DNA of 57,340 nucleotides from a virus. Lineage: Duplodnaviria > Caudoviricetes. The notes under the pieces were generated by a model. That model saw nothing but the letters and a program-made list of their open reading frames with translations, had not been told where the DNA came from and did not search any database. Made by a program: the position numbers and the translations under genes. Below are positions 1-9,116 of this stretch, one piece after another (position 1 is the first letter of the stretch; each line of letters opens with the position of its first letter). The stretch is from positions 1 to 57,340 of IMG/VR virus record IMGVR_UViG_3300012001_000138; one strand, given 5' to 3'.

Positions 1-246
1 GTGGCCGAGCCTGGCGTCATCGTCGGCGCCCTCCTCGGACAGCACAGCGTCGTCCGGCCGCAGCTCGGCGAGCAGACGCACGATCAGCTGATGAGAGTGG
101 CGGTCACCGTCATCGCGAAGGCGCTGGGGATCCAGCTCGGGGTCCGCCCCGTCCCGCAACGCCACCAGCGCCTGGCCGGCGGCCTCGGCGACGTGAAGCG
201 CCACCTGGTGATCCGAATCGATGGTGATGGCCTCGCTTGTGAGCAC
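1..246 (-). CDS. cysQ: N-terminal fragment of a CysQ-like 3'(2'),5'-bisphosphate nucleotidase (inositol monophosphatase family); probably non-phage sequence joined chimerically
   Basis: Own translation of the minus strand from GTG 246: MLTSEAITIDSDHQVALHVAEAAGQALVALR...GDRHSHQLIVRLLAELRPDDAVLSEEGADDDARLGH, resembling actinobacterial CysQ; preceded by GGAAGGGG; runs off the window. Confidence 0.7.
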   Translation of the reverse strand, partial: MLTSEAITIDSDHQVALHVAEAAGQALVALRDGADPELDPQRLRDDGDRHSHQLIVRLLAELRPDDAVLSEEGADDDARLGH

Positions 247-340
247 TGTTGAACCCCTTCCCTGGACGACCGCGACCAGCGTGGACGCCGTCTCCACCCT
301 CACCCTAACGGGACAGAGGCCCCGGGGGGCTGGGCGGTGG

Positions 341-360
341 CCCCCCCCCCCCCCCCCCCC
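341..360. repeat. C20 homopolymer (G-tract on the immA coding strand); left junction of the contig
   Basis: 20 consecutive C; ImmA-like sequence stops here. Confidence 0.9.
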
Positions 361-641
361 GTTATTTGGGTTGCGCTGACGAAGGCTTCAGGGGTGATGA
401 GTTTCTGGGCGGCCCACTTGTCGGCGTGCCATTCGTTGGCCATGTCGGAGCGTGCGTGCCGGTAATGAGCGTGTCCGAGTTCGTGGGCCAGCACACAAAT
501 CTTTTGCCGCGGCGCCATCCCTCTTAGCAGGTGGATGCTGCGGCTGGCTAGGGAGTAGGCACCCATCCAGCCGACGGGCAGGAAGTCCTCCCATTCGATC
601 GCTATCCCCATTGTTGCGGCCAGTAGTAAGAGCTCGTCCAT
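361..641 (-). CDS. immA: ImmA/IrrE-family zinc metalloprotease (anti-repressor), N-terminal part
   Basis: LAHELGHAHY (HEXXH) and EWHADKWAAQKLI; directly downstream of the repressor; the GGGGGG tail in the ORF track comes from the homopolymer. Confidence 0.85.
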
Positions 642-659
642 CCAAAAATCCCCATCATG

Positions 660-1151
660 CTATTCGGGGGACGAGTCTAGGTCGTCCTTCCCGGTGAATG
701 CTGCCATCCCTCCGAACCTGTTGAGCAGTTCTTCCTCGCTGGGGCGGACCGAGCGAGGGCGGAACTGCATGACGGTGGCGATGGTTTCGGCGTGGAGCCT
801 GACCATTTCGTGTCCGAGGTAGCGGAGGGATTCTTGGGCCGGGGCGGGCAGGGTCCCGCCGTCGGCGATGACTAGGGCGGTGGCGTCGGCTGTGGCTACG
901 GTAACGCCGAGGGAGCGGGCTGAGGCTAGTACGACCTCGGTGGTGGACACGCCGAGTCCCCGCGCCATTGCGGTGATGGATTCGGGGTCCGGGAAGTTTT
1001 TCATGGGGCGGGCGGTGTTGGTGAGTTGTTGGAGGCGTCGTCCGGCGGGTGCGCCGCCGCAGTCTTCTGAGAGGCGTTCGAAGGATCGGCCGCCTTTTCG
1101 GTCGAGTATAAGTTCGGCGAGAGTGGGTCCTGTGTTTGTGACGCGGGGCAT
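660..1151 (-). CDS. Immunity repressor (XRE-type HTH)
   Basis: LAELILDRKGGRSFERLSEDCG...FPDPESITAMARGLGVSTTEV; upstream of immA and divergent from xis. Confidence 0.75.
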   Translation of the reverse strand: MPRVTNTGPTLAELILDRKGGRSFERLSEDCGGAPAGRRLQQLTNTARPMKNFPDPESITAMARGLGVSTTEVVLASARSLGVTVATADATALVIADGGTLPAPAQESLRYLGHEMVRLHAETIATVMQFRPRSVRPSEEELLNRFGGMAAFTGKDDLDSSPE

Positions 1152-1467
1152 GGGGAGTTCTCCTGTGTCTGGGTTTTACGCCTGTTGGTTGGTGCCTCTC
1201 TTGCAGGCTATCGGCGTGTCGTGGGCGCCGCAATAGGTGGTGAGTACCTGTCTTGTTCCGGGTATGTACCTGTTGTTTGGTTTTTTTACGCTCAATGGTT
1301 TGTGTTTTGGGCGTGGGTACGTTATAAATGTTGATGTACCGCTTACCGGGAGCTAACCGGTAGCTGTCCACCCACCCACCAACCACCAACCACCTGTTCA
1401 ACGGCCTCAAAACAAGCACTGAGCGTAGATTCGCCGCTTAGTAGTGGGGGCCCGGGAAGGAAACCAC
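1152..1467. promoter_or_regulatory. Divergent immunity switch region; candidate rightward promoter TTGTGT(1300)-N17-TATAAA(1323)
   Basis: AT-rich intergenic region between divergent genes; sigmaA-like spacing by eye. Confidence 0.5.
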
Positions 1468-1617
1468 GTGAGTAAGACCACAACCGGACGTCACGCCGCC
1501 GCCAAGACGCCGCTCCTGCAGCGCATCCGGGCCACCATCGCCGCCCGTACCGCCCGCACCGAAGCCCAGTACGCCGCATGGGCCACCACGAACACCACCT
1601 TGGAGGGAATTTCATGA
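1468..1617 (+). CDS. Small basic protein (49 aa), first rightward gene
   Basis: AAGGA RBS, GTG start, MSKTTTGRHAAAK...EGIS; ATGA overlap with the next gene; not in the ORF track. Confidence 0.5.
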   Translation: MSKTTTGRHAAAKTPLLQRIRATIAARTARTEAQYAAWATTNTTLEGIS

Positions 1618-1886
1618 CAACCATCCCGGTCATCGCACCGCTCCGGACCCCGGAGGAAGTCGCCGCGCTGCTGGTCCACATCAGCCCGTTCACGATCCGC
1701 CGCCTCGTGCAGAAGAAGGAAATCGCCTACACCCCCGGGGCGCGGGGCAAGGTCCTGTTCAGCGAGGCCAATATCGCGGGCCTGCTGGAGCACCTGAACG
1801 TCCCGGCCGTCCCCACCCCAGTGGATGAGGACAACGTGTTCGGGACAACCGGCAGGTCCCATGCCCGGAACCGCAAAGCCTCTTAA
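1614..1886 (+). CDS. Excisionase-like HTH DNA-binding protein
   Basis: LRTPEEVAALL..ISPFTIRRLVQKKEI...GKVLFSEANI; GGAGGG RBS. Confidence 0.7.
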   Translation: MTTIPVIAPLRTPEEVAALLVHISPFTIRRLVQKKEIAYTPGARGKVLFSEANIAGLLEHLNVPAVPTPVDEDNVFGTTGRSHARNRKAS

Positions 1887-1964
1887 ACGCAGAAGGCCCC
1901 CGCCGAAGCGAGGGCCCTGCCGACAAGTACCAACCACCAACCAAGGAAAGAAGGTAACCAAGTC

Positions 1965-2345
1965 ATGACCGACATTATCAGCACCGTCACGAAAGTGGAA
2001 GCGGACCTCATCGTCCGGGACCGCGCCGCAGCCTACGTCGAAGCGCACGGGCCGGACTACACCCTCGACGGGTTCCCGTTCTGGGTCACCCGCCTCTCCA
2101 ACGACGTCGGGGCCGAGCTGGACCGCCGCACCCTCATCGACGTCGTTATCTCCATGGACGACACCGCGCAGGTCGAAAACGGCACCCACCCCCTGATCCA
2201 GCTCAACGCTGCCGGGACCGTGGATAACCGCGCCGCGCTCCTCGACTACGAGGGCGGCATCCTCACCAAAATGATCAACCACCTCCTCACCGCGGCCGGG
2301 TTCACCGGCGGCACCGTCAACGGCACCGGAAAGCAGGCAGCGTAA
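1965..2345 (+). CDS. Hypothetical protein
   Basis: ORF with RBS and operon position. Confidence 0.65.
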   Translation: MTDIISTVTKVEADLIVRDRAAAYVEAHGPDYTLDGFPFWVTRLSNDVGAELDRRTLIDVVISMDDTAQVENGTHPLIQLNAAGTVDNRAALLDYEGGILTKMINHLLTAAGFTGGTVNGTGKQAA

Positions 2346-2347
2346 CC

Positions 2348-3580
2348 ATGGGACGCAAAATAGTGAACCTTCGCGCAGAGAATGTCATGCGGCTCAAGGC
2401 CGTGGAAATCACCCCGGCCGGGAACGTCGTGATCGTGGGCGGGAACAACGGGGAGGGGAAGTCCTCGACGCTGAACGCGATGTGGCTGGCCCTCGGCGGC
2501 GGGGCCGCGTCCAAGGCCATCCCCCGCCCGGTCCGTGACGGTCAGGACGAGGCGTCCGTGACGCTGGACCTCGGGGACCTGATCGTGACCCGCAAGTGGA
2601 AGGGCGCCAAGTCGACCCTGACCGTGGAATCGGCCGACGGCGCCCGCTACTCCTCACCGCAGTCCATCCTTGACGGGCTGGTCGGCAAGCTCGCGTTCGA
2701 CCCGCTGGAGTTCGCCCAGTACCCCGCAGCGAAGCAGCGCGAAATCCTCCTCGGCATGGTGGCTCTCCCCTTCGACCCGGCCGAACTGGACCGCAAGCGC
2801 AAGGGACTGTTCGAGCAGCGGACCGACGTGACCCGGACCCTCAAACAGTACGAGGGCCAGCTCGCCGGAATGTTCACGGCGCCCGCCGGGACCCCCGACG
2901 CCGAGGTCTCCGTCAAGGACCTCCTCGACGAGTACCGGGCGGCGGAGGCAGCCACCGCCCGCATGCTCCAGATCGCCCGGGACGTCCAAAATAACGAGCT
3001 CCTCGTGACCCAGTTGCGGGAGAAGCTGGCCATGGCCGAGGAGGACCTGATCGGGAACCGGCTTGCGCTGGACACCTGCCCGGCACCGGCAAGCCTGTCC
3101 GAGATTCAGGACCGGTTGGATGACGTGGAGAACGTCAACGCGAACGTCCGGGCCAAGCTGGAACGGGCCGCGACCACGGCGCAGCGGGACGCAGTGGCGG
3201 CCAAGGTTGCCGAGCTGACCGCAGGCATCGCGGGGCTCGACAAGACCAAGGCCGACGGGCTGGCCGCCGCAGACTACCCCATCACCGGGCTCGGGTTCGA
3301 CGACGACGGGGTGGTCTACAACGAGGTCCCCTTCAAACAGGCCTCCTCCGCCGAACAGCTCCGGGTCTCGACCGCGATGGGCATGGCCCTGAACCCCGAG
3401 CTCCGGGTCATGCACATCCGGGACGGTTCCCTGCTGGACACCCGCAGCCTTGACCTGATCAGCCGCATGGCGGAGGCCAACGACTTCCAAATCTGGATCG
3501 AACGGGTCGGCACCGGCGACGAGGGCGCGGTCATCATCGAGGACGGCGAAGTCCAGACCCGGGCTCAGGTGGCGGCATGA
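2348..3580 (+). CDS. SMC/Rad50-like AAA ATPase
   Basis: Walker A GNNGEGKSS, long coiled coil, ASSAEQ signature, IRDGSLLD Walker B-like. Confidence 0.85.
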   Translation: MGRKIVNLRAENVMRLKAVEITPAGNVVIVGGNNGEGKSSTLNAMWLALGGGAASKAIPRPVRDGQDEASVTLDLGDLIVTRKWKGAKSTLTVESADGARYSSPQSILDGLVGKLAFDPLEFAQYPAAKQREILLGMVALPFDPAELDRKRKGLFEQRTDVTRTLKQYEGQLAGMFTAPAGTPDAEVSVKDLLDEYRAAEAATARMLQIARDVQNNELLVTQLREKLAMAEEDLIGNRLALDTCPAPASLSEIQDRLDDVENVNANVRAKLERAATTAQRDAVAAKVAELTAGIAGLDKTKADGLAAADYPITGLGFDDDGVVYNEVPFKQASSAEQLRVSTAMGMALNPELRVMHIRDGSLLDTRSLDLISRMAEANDFQIWIERVGTGDEGAVIIEDGEVQTRAQVAA

Positions 3581-3873
3581 CACCCCTGATCGAAGGCACC
3601 CAGACCGGGGACCACACCTACGAGGTCACCATCCGTCCCCCACACGGCCGGGAGCTCACCCTCCACGTCGTCGGCGGCAAGCCGTGGCGGACCCGCAGCG
3701 GATACCGGCAGCCGAAGGCAGTCGTCAAGGCCAACCGGAACTCCGCCAGCTACATCACCGAGCACCGCGGTTTCGAGGCCGCCGTCAAGTCAGCGAACGC
3801 CCGGGCCAAGAAGTACCTGCGGGCCTACTCCATCCCCCGCACCATCAAGTCACGTCAGGAGATGGCAGCGTGA
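3577..3873 (+). CDS. Hypothetical basic protein
   Basis: ATGA-coupled ORF. Confidence 0.6.
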   Translation: MTPLIEGTQTGDHTYEVTIRPPHGRELTLHVVGGKPWRTRSGYRQPKAVVKANRNSASYITEHRGFEAAVKSANARAKKYLRAYSIPRTIKSRQEMAA

Positions 3874-4004
3874 GCCGCCCGAAGCAGGCCCCCATGGTCC
3901 TGACGGAGCGCGGGGAGTGGGTCGTGGAAGGTTTGGGCGCGGTCGCGGCGCTGGTCGTCATCCCCTTGTGCTTCTGGGTCCTCGCCAAGCTGGTCGGACT
4001 GTGA
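3870..4004 (+). CDS. Small single-pass membrane protein
   Basis: GTGA overlap; hydrophobic LGAVAALVVIPLCFWVLAKLVGL. Confidence 0.5.
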   Translation: MSRPKQAPMVLTERGEWVVEGLGAVAALVVIPLCFWVLAKLVGL

Positions 4005-4098
4005 CCGCCGAACCCGTCTGCACCTGCCCCCGCAGCGACATTCAATGGCCGGACCTCCCCCCGGCCTGCCCCGTCCACCACCCGAAGGAAGGTCCCAA

Positions 4099-4965
4099 GT
4101 GAGTCTCGTATTCAACGCCGCAGCCCACTCCTACCTGATGGACGGCAAGAGGGTCCGGGGCGTGACCGGGCTCATCGACGGTGGCACCTCAAAAGCGGCC
4201 CTCGTGAAGTGGGCCCCGAAGTTCGTCGCCGAGTTCGTCGAAGCCAACTGGGACAAGGTCGAGGGCTGGCACCACGACCCGGCCGTGGACTTGGTCAAGC
4301 GCCTCAAGTACCTCCCGGAGAACTACCGGGACGAGGCCGGGGTCCGCGGCTCAGCGATCCACACCGCGGTCGAGGAAGTCGTGATGACGGGCTCCACGGA
4401 CGTCGACCCGGTCTACCTGCCCGAGGTCAACGCCCTGCTGGACCTGTATGAGGAGTGGGACATCCGGCCGCTGGAGATGACCCTGCGGGACGGGTCCACG
4501 ACCCTCATGGCGGAGAAGTCCGTCGGGAACCGGTCGCACTGGTATGCGGGACGGTTCGACCTGATCGGGACCGTGGGCAAGCTCGGCGGGGCCCTCTGCC
4601 AGATTGACACCAAGTCCTCGAACCATGTTTACGGGTCCATGTCCATGCAGCTCGCGGCGTACCGGAAGGCCGAGTTCTGGGTCGACGACGCGGACCCCGA
4701 GGCCGAGTACCCGATGCCCGTCATTGAGCGGAACCTCATCGCGCACGTCCAGCGGAACAAGGAGACGGGCGAGGTCGCGGCCGGGCTGCAGTCCGTGTCC
4801 GGCGGGCTCCCCTACACCCGGGAGCAGTCGGCCCGGGACATGGACGAGGCGTTCCGGGAGTTCCTCTGGGCGGCGTCCCTAACCAAGACCGCGGGCGCCC
4901 GCGACAAACGCATGTGGCCGACCATGCCAACCACCAACCACGTTTTCAAGGAGATCGCATCATGA
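4099..4965 (+). CDS. PD-(D/E)XK exonuclease (RecE/Cas4-like)
   Basis: RGSAIH, YAGRFDLI, IDTKS, QLAAY motifs; upstream of a RecT-like gene. Confidence 0.8.
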   Translation: MSLVFNAAAHSYLMDGKRVRGVTGLIDGGTSKAALVKWAPKFVAEFVEANWDKVEGWHHDPAVDLVKRLKYLPENYRDEAGVRGSAIHTAVEEVVMTGSTDVDPVYLPEVNALLDLYEEWDIRPLEMTLRDGSTTLMAEKSVGNRSHWYAGRFDLIGTVGKLGGALCQIDTKSSNHVYGSMSMQLAAYRKAEFWVDDADPEAEYPMPVIERNLIAHVQRNKETGEVAAGLQSVSGGLPYTREQSARDMDEAFREFLWAASLTKTAGARDKRMWPTMPTTNHVFKEIAS

Positions 4966-6065
4966 CCGAAATTGCACTCAACGAGGCCCCCACGGCGGCG
5001 ACCGTCGCGTACCTCCCGGCCGCAGCAGCGACCCCGGGTTCCACCGTGGACCTGTCCGCCTACTGGGACCGCATGGGCATCGCCATTCAGATCGCGGGCC
5101 CGATGTGCACCACCCCGTTCGTGCCGACGGCGTTCCGTAACAAGCCCGAGGACACGGCCATGGCCATCATGTACGGCCTCAAGTACGGGATGGAACCGGA
5201 CGCGGCCCTGTCCTCCATCTTCCTGATCGGCGGGCGCCCGGGCATGTACTCCCGGGTCCAGCACGCGCTCCTCATGGCCCACGGCCACGAGGTCAAAATT
5301 ACGAAGCAGTCCGATGAGGTCTGCATCGTGAAGGGCCGCAGGAAGGGTGATGACGGGGACTGGACGGTCTCGGAGTGGACGATTGCCCGGGCCACACGGG
5401 CGGGCTACCTCTCCAATGACAAGTACAAGAAGGACCCCATCGCCATGCTGACCGCCCGGGCCCTTGGTGACGTCTGCCGCCTCGTGGCCCCGGACCTGCT
5501 CATGGGCATCGTGGCGTACAACGAGGCCGACGTCGAGGTCATGGAAGTCCTTGACGGGGACACCCTGCGGCCCCTGCAGGCGGAGCCGGTCACGGTCCAG
5601 CGCCGCGTCGGGACAGCCCCGCAGGCCACCGCGCCCCGCCCGTTCGTGAACCGCGTCCCCGTCCACGAGGCCGAGCCGGTACAGGCCGAGCCGTTGACCG
5701 GGGCTGAGGCGGACGACTCGTTCGACGTGGTGGGGGAGCCGACGGTCGAGTACGACGACGGCGTGTCCAATGTCGTCCAGATAACCCGCCCGGCAGCGAC
5801 CCCGGCACCGGCGAACGAGACGCAGATCGCGACCATGCTGGCCGAGATGGACAAGGCGGGGCATCGGACGAACCCGGCCAAGCGCAAGGCCGTCAAGGCG
5901 TACCTCGGGCGGGACCTTGACGGGCCCCACCAGATGACCGCGGACGAGGCCGACAAGTTCATCAACCACCTGCTGTTTCGGCAGGAAGTGACCACGGCGA
6001 CCGCCGCGGTCGACGCAGAATGGGGCCTCGAAACAGCCCCGAGCACCACCGAGGAGACCAACTAA
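4962..6065 (+). CDS. RecT-like ssDNA-annealing protein
   Basis: FVPTAFRNKPEDTAMAIMYGLKYGMEP..ALSSIFLIGGRP and MLTARA; between exonuclease and SSB. Confidence 0.7.
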   Translation: MTEIALNEAPTAATVAYLPAAAATPGSTVDLSAYWDRMGIAIQIAGPMCTTPFVPTAFRNKPEDTAMAIMYGLKYGMEPDAALSSIFLIGGRPGMYSRVQHALLMAHGHEVKITKQSDEVCIVKGRRKGDDGDWTVSEWTIARATRAGYLSNDKYKKDPIAMLTARALGDVCRLVAPDLLMGIVAYNEADVEVMEVLDGDTLRPLQAEPVTVQRRVGTAPQATAPRPFVNRVPVHEAEPVQAEPLTGAEADDSFDVVGEPTVEYDDGVSNVVQITRPAATPAPANETQIATMLAEMDKAGHRTNPAKRKAVKAYLGRDLDGPHQMTADEADKFINHLLFRQEVTTATAAVDAEWGLETAPSTTEETN

Positions 6066-6679
6066 TGTCCGGCGAAATCATCATTACAGTCCCCGGCCGC
6101 CTGACCGGCGACCCCGAGCTGCGGTTCACGCCCAGCGGGTCTGCGGTGGCCAACTTCACCATCGCGCACAACGCCCGGGAGTTCGACAAGCAGACCAACG
6201 CATGGAAGGACAAGCCCACCAACTTCTTCCCCTGCTCGGCGTGGCGGGAGATGGCCGAGAACGTGGCCGAGTCCCTGACCAAGGGCATGCCGGTCATTGC
6301 CACCGGTGAACTCAAGACCCGGTCATGGGAGACCAAGGAGGGTGAGAAGCGGTCCCGGCAGGAACTCGAAATCACCGCCATTGGCCCGGACTTGCGGTGG
6401 GTGGTGGCCAAGGCGGTCAAGACCGAACGCGGGAACGCCGCTGGCGGGGCGCAGGGCGGCTCGACCGGGTTCGGTGGCCAGCAGGGCGGCGGCGGGTTCG
6501 GCAACCAGCAGGGCGGCCAGCAGGCGTCGGCTCAGGGCGCGCAGGGTGGCGGGTTCGGTGGCTGGGGACCGGCCCACGAGGCACAGCCAGCAGCACAGGC
6601 CGACCCGTGGGCAACCCCGGGCGCGCAGGCGAACGCGGGCGGCTGGGGCAACGGCCCCGACGCTGAGCCCCCGTTCTAA
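6065..6679 (+). CDS. ssb: Single-stranded DNA-binding protein
   Basis: GRLTGDPELRFTPSGSAVANFTIA, Gly-rich linker, acidic C-terminus ending EPPF. Confidence 0.95.
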   Translation: MSGEIIITVPGRLTGDPELRFTPSGSAVANFTIAHNAREFDKQTNAWKDKPTNFFPCSAWREMAENVAESLTKGMPVIATGELKTRSWETKEGEKRSRQELEITAIGPDLRWVVAKAVKTERGNAAGGAQGGSTGFGGQQGGGGFGNQQGGQQASAQGAQGGGFGGWGPAHEAQPAAQADPWATPGAQANAGGWGNGPDAEPPF

Positions 6680-6693
6680 GAGGAGCCCCCGAA

Positions 6694-7179
6694 ATGGCCA
6701 GCGAACCACACGCCCGCATGTTGCGGAGCATCTGGACTAATGAGGAGTGGTTGGACCTGTCCGTCACGGCCCAATGGCTGTATCAGCGGCTCGTCACCCA
6801 CCGGAAAGTCTCATTGGCTGGAGTGGTGGAGTGGCGACCGAAAGGGCTCACGCAATCGGCGGTCGGCGCCTCGCTGGAGCTCATTGAGGCCGCCGCCGCC
6901 GAACTGGCCGAGGCGCGGTTTATCGTGTTTGACGAGTCCACGGACGAGGCCCTCATCCGGTCGTTCGTCCGTAACGACGGCATGTTGTCACAGCCGAACA
7001 TGGCCACGGCGGTCGCGAACGCTTACGCGGACACCGGCTCCCGGAGGCTGCGGGGTGTGATCGTTTTTGAGCTCCTCAGGCTCAAGGATGACCAGCCCGG
7101 GCTCCGGTGGGACCGGCTCGCGGAGGTCCTAAATAAGCCCTCGATTGACCCGTGGACGACCCTGTCCGTGGTCGCCTGA
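6694..7179 (+). CDS. Replication initiator-like protein (actinophage RepA-like N-terminal domain)
   Basis: HARMLRSIWTNEEWLDLSVTAQWLY...EALIRSFVRNDG; follows ssb. Confidence 0.6.
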   Translation: MASEPHARMLRSIWTNEEWLDLSVTAQWLYQRLVTHRKVSLAGVVEWRPKGLTQSAVGASLELIEAAAAELAEARFIVFDESTDEALIRSFVRNDGMLSQPNMATAVANAYADTGSRRLRGVIVFELLRLKDDQPGLRWDRLAEVLNKPSIDPWTTLSVVA

Positions 7180-7254
7180 AACCCCCGGTCGGCGGGCTGT
7201 TGTCATCGTGTTACAGCTCGTCGGCCGACTTCGACCCCAGAAAATCCCTGTAAA

Positions 7255-7415
7255 CGTATGGGAAATAAAGGGGTCGGGAACCCTTCGATAAAGGGTTCCG
7301 AAAGGGTTCGATCAAGGGTTTCGAAAATCGTCCCCCACTCCTTTACTCCTTAACTCCTTAACTCCTCTACTCCTTAACTCCGGTGGGGGTAAAGAAATCA
7401 ATCAAGTTACCTAAG
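7255..7415. repeat. Putative replication origin: three AAGGGTT repeats plus tandem ACTCCTTA-like 8-mers
   Basis: aagggttccg aaagggttcg atcaagggtt; actcctttactccttaactccttaactcctctactccttaactcc; AT-rich; directly after the rep-like gene. Confidence 0.55.
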
Positions 7416-7435
7416 TAGACGCGGAAGGAAAGATT

Positions 7436-7948
7436 TTGACTGATTCAAATTTCCAGCCCATCACCCTCCAGCAAGCCCAGATCGCCGCCGCGGCATGGCA
7501 CGAAATCCGGCCCGAGTGGGAAGTGAAGTCGATGATGACCAGACTGGAGGCCCACGCCTCCTCCGGCGCAGCCCGCAACTCCTCGTTCGCGGAGCTCCTG
7601 CGGGCTGGCATCAACGTCGCACTGAATCCCAAGGCCCTGACCCCGGCGGTCATCTTCCAGCCGGGCAAGCACTGGCTGGACGCGGAGCAGGCAGCGAACC
7701 CGGCCTTCACGGCCCGGTTCGGGAACGACACCTCGGAGGACTGCCCGAACCACCCCACGGTCAAGGCGTGGGACTGCCGCCCGTGCCGCCGGGCTGACCC
7801 GCCGCCCGCGAATTTGCGGGAGCGGATCGCGGCCGAGGCCGAGAGGGTCCGGGTAGCCCGGGCCGCGAAACTCACACCACCAACCACCACCAAGGAGAGC
7901 CACGATGGCGATACGCCAACTCAAGAGCCACAACCCGCTGCAGCGTAG
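7436..7948 (+). CDS. Hypothetical replication-associated protein with C-terminal Zn finger
   Basis: CPNH...CRPC motif; GGAAGGA RBS before TTG. Confidence 0.6.
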   Translation: MTDSNFQPITLQQAQIAAAAWHEIRPEWEVKSMMTRLEAHASSGAARNSSFAELLRAGINVALNPKALTPAVIFQPGKHWLDAEQAANPAFTARFGNDTSEDCPNHPTVKAWDCRPCRRADPPPANLRERIAAEAERVRVARAAKLTPPTTTKESHDGDTPTQEPQPAAA

Positions 7949-8489
7949 GCCGTTCACCCCGGCCGAGTACGCCCAACTCCACCACACGATCCAGTCCAAG
8001 GCCACGGTCGCCCTCAAGGACCTCGGCGCCCGGTTGGAGGCCGAACTCGCGGAGGCCCGCGCCGCGGCAGAGCGGGAACTGAAAGGCGCCGCTCAGGAGG
8101 TCGAGGAGCTGGAGCGTGGCGTGAAGCAGGCCAAGAACCGGATTGACCGTCTCCGCCGGTCCCTGCGGACGAAGCGGGACGAGGTTCAGACCCTTGAGGA
8201 GCTCCGGGAGGCAGTCCGGAACGGCACGGACAGGCTGGCCGCTACCCGCGTCGAGGCGCGTGAGCTCGCGGCCCTGATCGCTGCAGAGCAGAGCGAGGTG
8301 GAGGCATCCCGTCGGAAGCTGCGCCGGGTCAGGTCCCGGAGGGTGGGCGTCGAGGAGGAGACGGCCGCGGCGATGGCGCCGATGGATGCGGGCACCCGGC
8401 GTCTGCTGGATGCGGAGAACGAGGTCATTGAACTTTCCTCCCGCCGCCGAAACACCCCCGACGCGGTAATCGCCGCTGTAAGCGCCTAG
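7905..8489 (+). CDS. Coiled-coil hypothetical protein
   Basis: AAGGAG RBS; E/A/L/R-rich heptad-like sequence. Confidence 0.6.
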   Translation: MAIRQLKSHNPLQRRPFTPAEYAQLHHTIQSKATVALKDLGARLEAELAEARAAAERELKGAAQEVEELERGVKQAKNRIDRLRRSLRTKRDEVQTLEELREAVRNGTDRLAATRVEARELAALIAAEQSEVEASRRKLRRVRSRRVGVEEETAAAMAPMDAGTRRLLDAENEVIELSSRRRNTPDAVIAAVSA

Positions 8490-8612
8490 AAAGTTCCGGG
8501 TGGGACCACCACCCGGAAACGGCCCACAAGGCTGCGACAGCCCGCAAAGCGCCGTGATGGGCGCCAATTTTTGAACCACCCACCAACCACCAGTACCGAA
8601 AGAAGTCACCCA

Positions 8613-9116
8613 ATGGTTTCATTCAACGTCAACGGCATCCCGGGCCCGCAGGGTTCCAAGAAGGCCATCCCGCTCAGTCGGGGCAAGGGCGCCGCCCGCG
8701 TCTACACCGGCAAAGTTGCCTTGGTGGAGTCCTCCGCCAAGGTCAAGCCGTGGCGGGCCGCCGTCGTCGAGGCCGCCAAGGCAGCCGTCCCCGTGATGAT
8801 CGTGGGCGCCGTGAACGTGTCCATCACGTTCTACCTCCCCCGCCCGAAAAACCACTACGGGACCGGCCGGAACGCCGCCCGGCTCAGGGCCAGCGCCCCG
8901 CTGTACCCGGCAGTCAAGCCCGACGCTGACAAGCTCGTCCGGTCTACGCTCGATGCCCTCACGTCCGCGGGGGCCTACAGTGACGACGCCGTGGTCGTGG
9001 ACCTCCACTCAGCCAAAAGGTACGCCGACCACCGCGAACCGGGCGCGTGGATTCAGCTGCTCCCCAAGTCCAACACCCGGTCCATGGGCCAGCTCGCGAA
9101 CGCCGAGGTCGCCTGA
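8613..9116 (+). CDS. rusA: RusA-family Holliday junction resolvase
   Basis: PGPQGSKK, VKPWR, KPDADKLVRSTLDALT, DDAVVV. Confidence 0.9.
   Translation: MVSFNVNGIPGPQGSKKAIPLSRGKGAARVYTGKVALVESSAKVKPWRAAVVEAAKAAVPVMIVGAVNVSITFYLPRPKNHYGTGRNAARLRASAPLYPAVKPDADKLVRSTLDALTSAGAYSDDAVVVDLHSAKRYADHREPGAWIQLLPKSNTRSMGQLANAEVA

Noticed and set aside
1-252. 83-aa plus-strand ORF
   Set aside because: Shadow of the minus-strand cysQ-like frame.
1-340. cysQ-like fragment as a true host flank or prophage boundary
   Set aside because: It joins mid-immA through a homopolymer, while attP is intact elsewhere and immA continues at the other end; a chimeric join is more likely.
1244-1273. GTACCTGT direct repeats as repressor operators (also 10467, 15188)
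   Set aside because: Only 8 bp and also found inside CDSs (about 24598, 45023, 53692); not distinguishable from chance without statistics.
7330-7382. CRISPR array
   Set aside because: Short tandem 8-mers without spacers; no cas genes seen.
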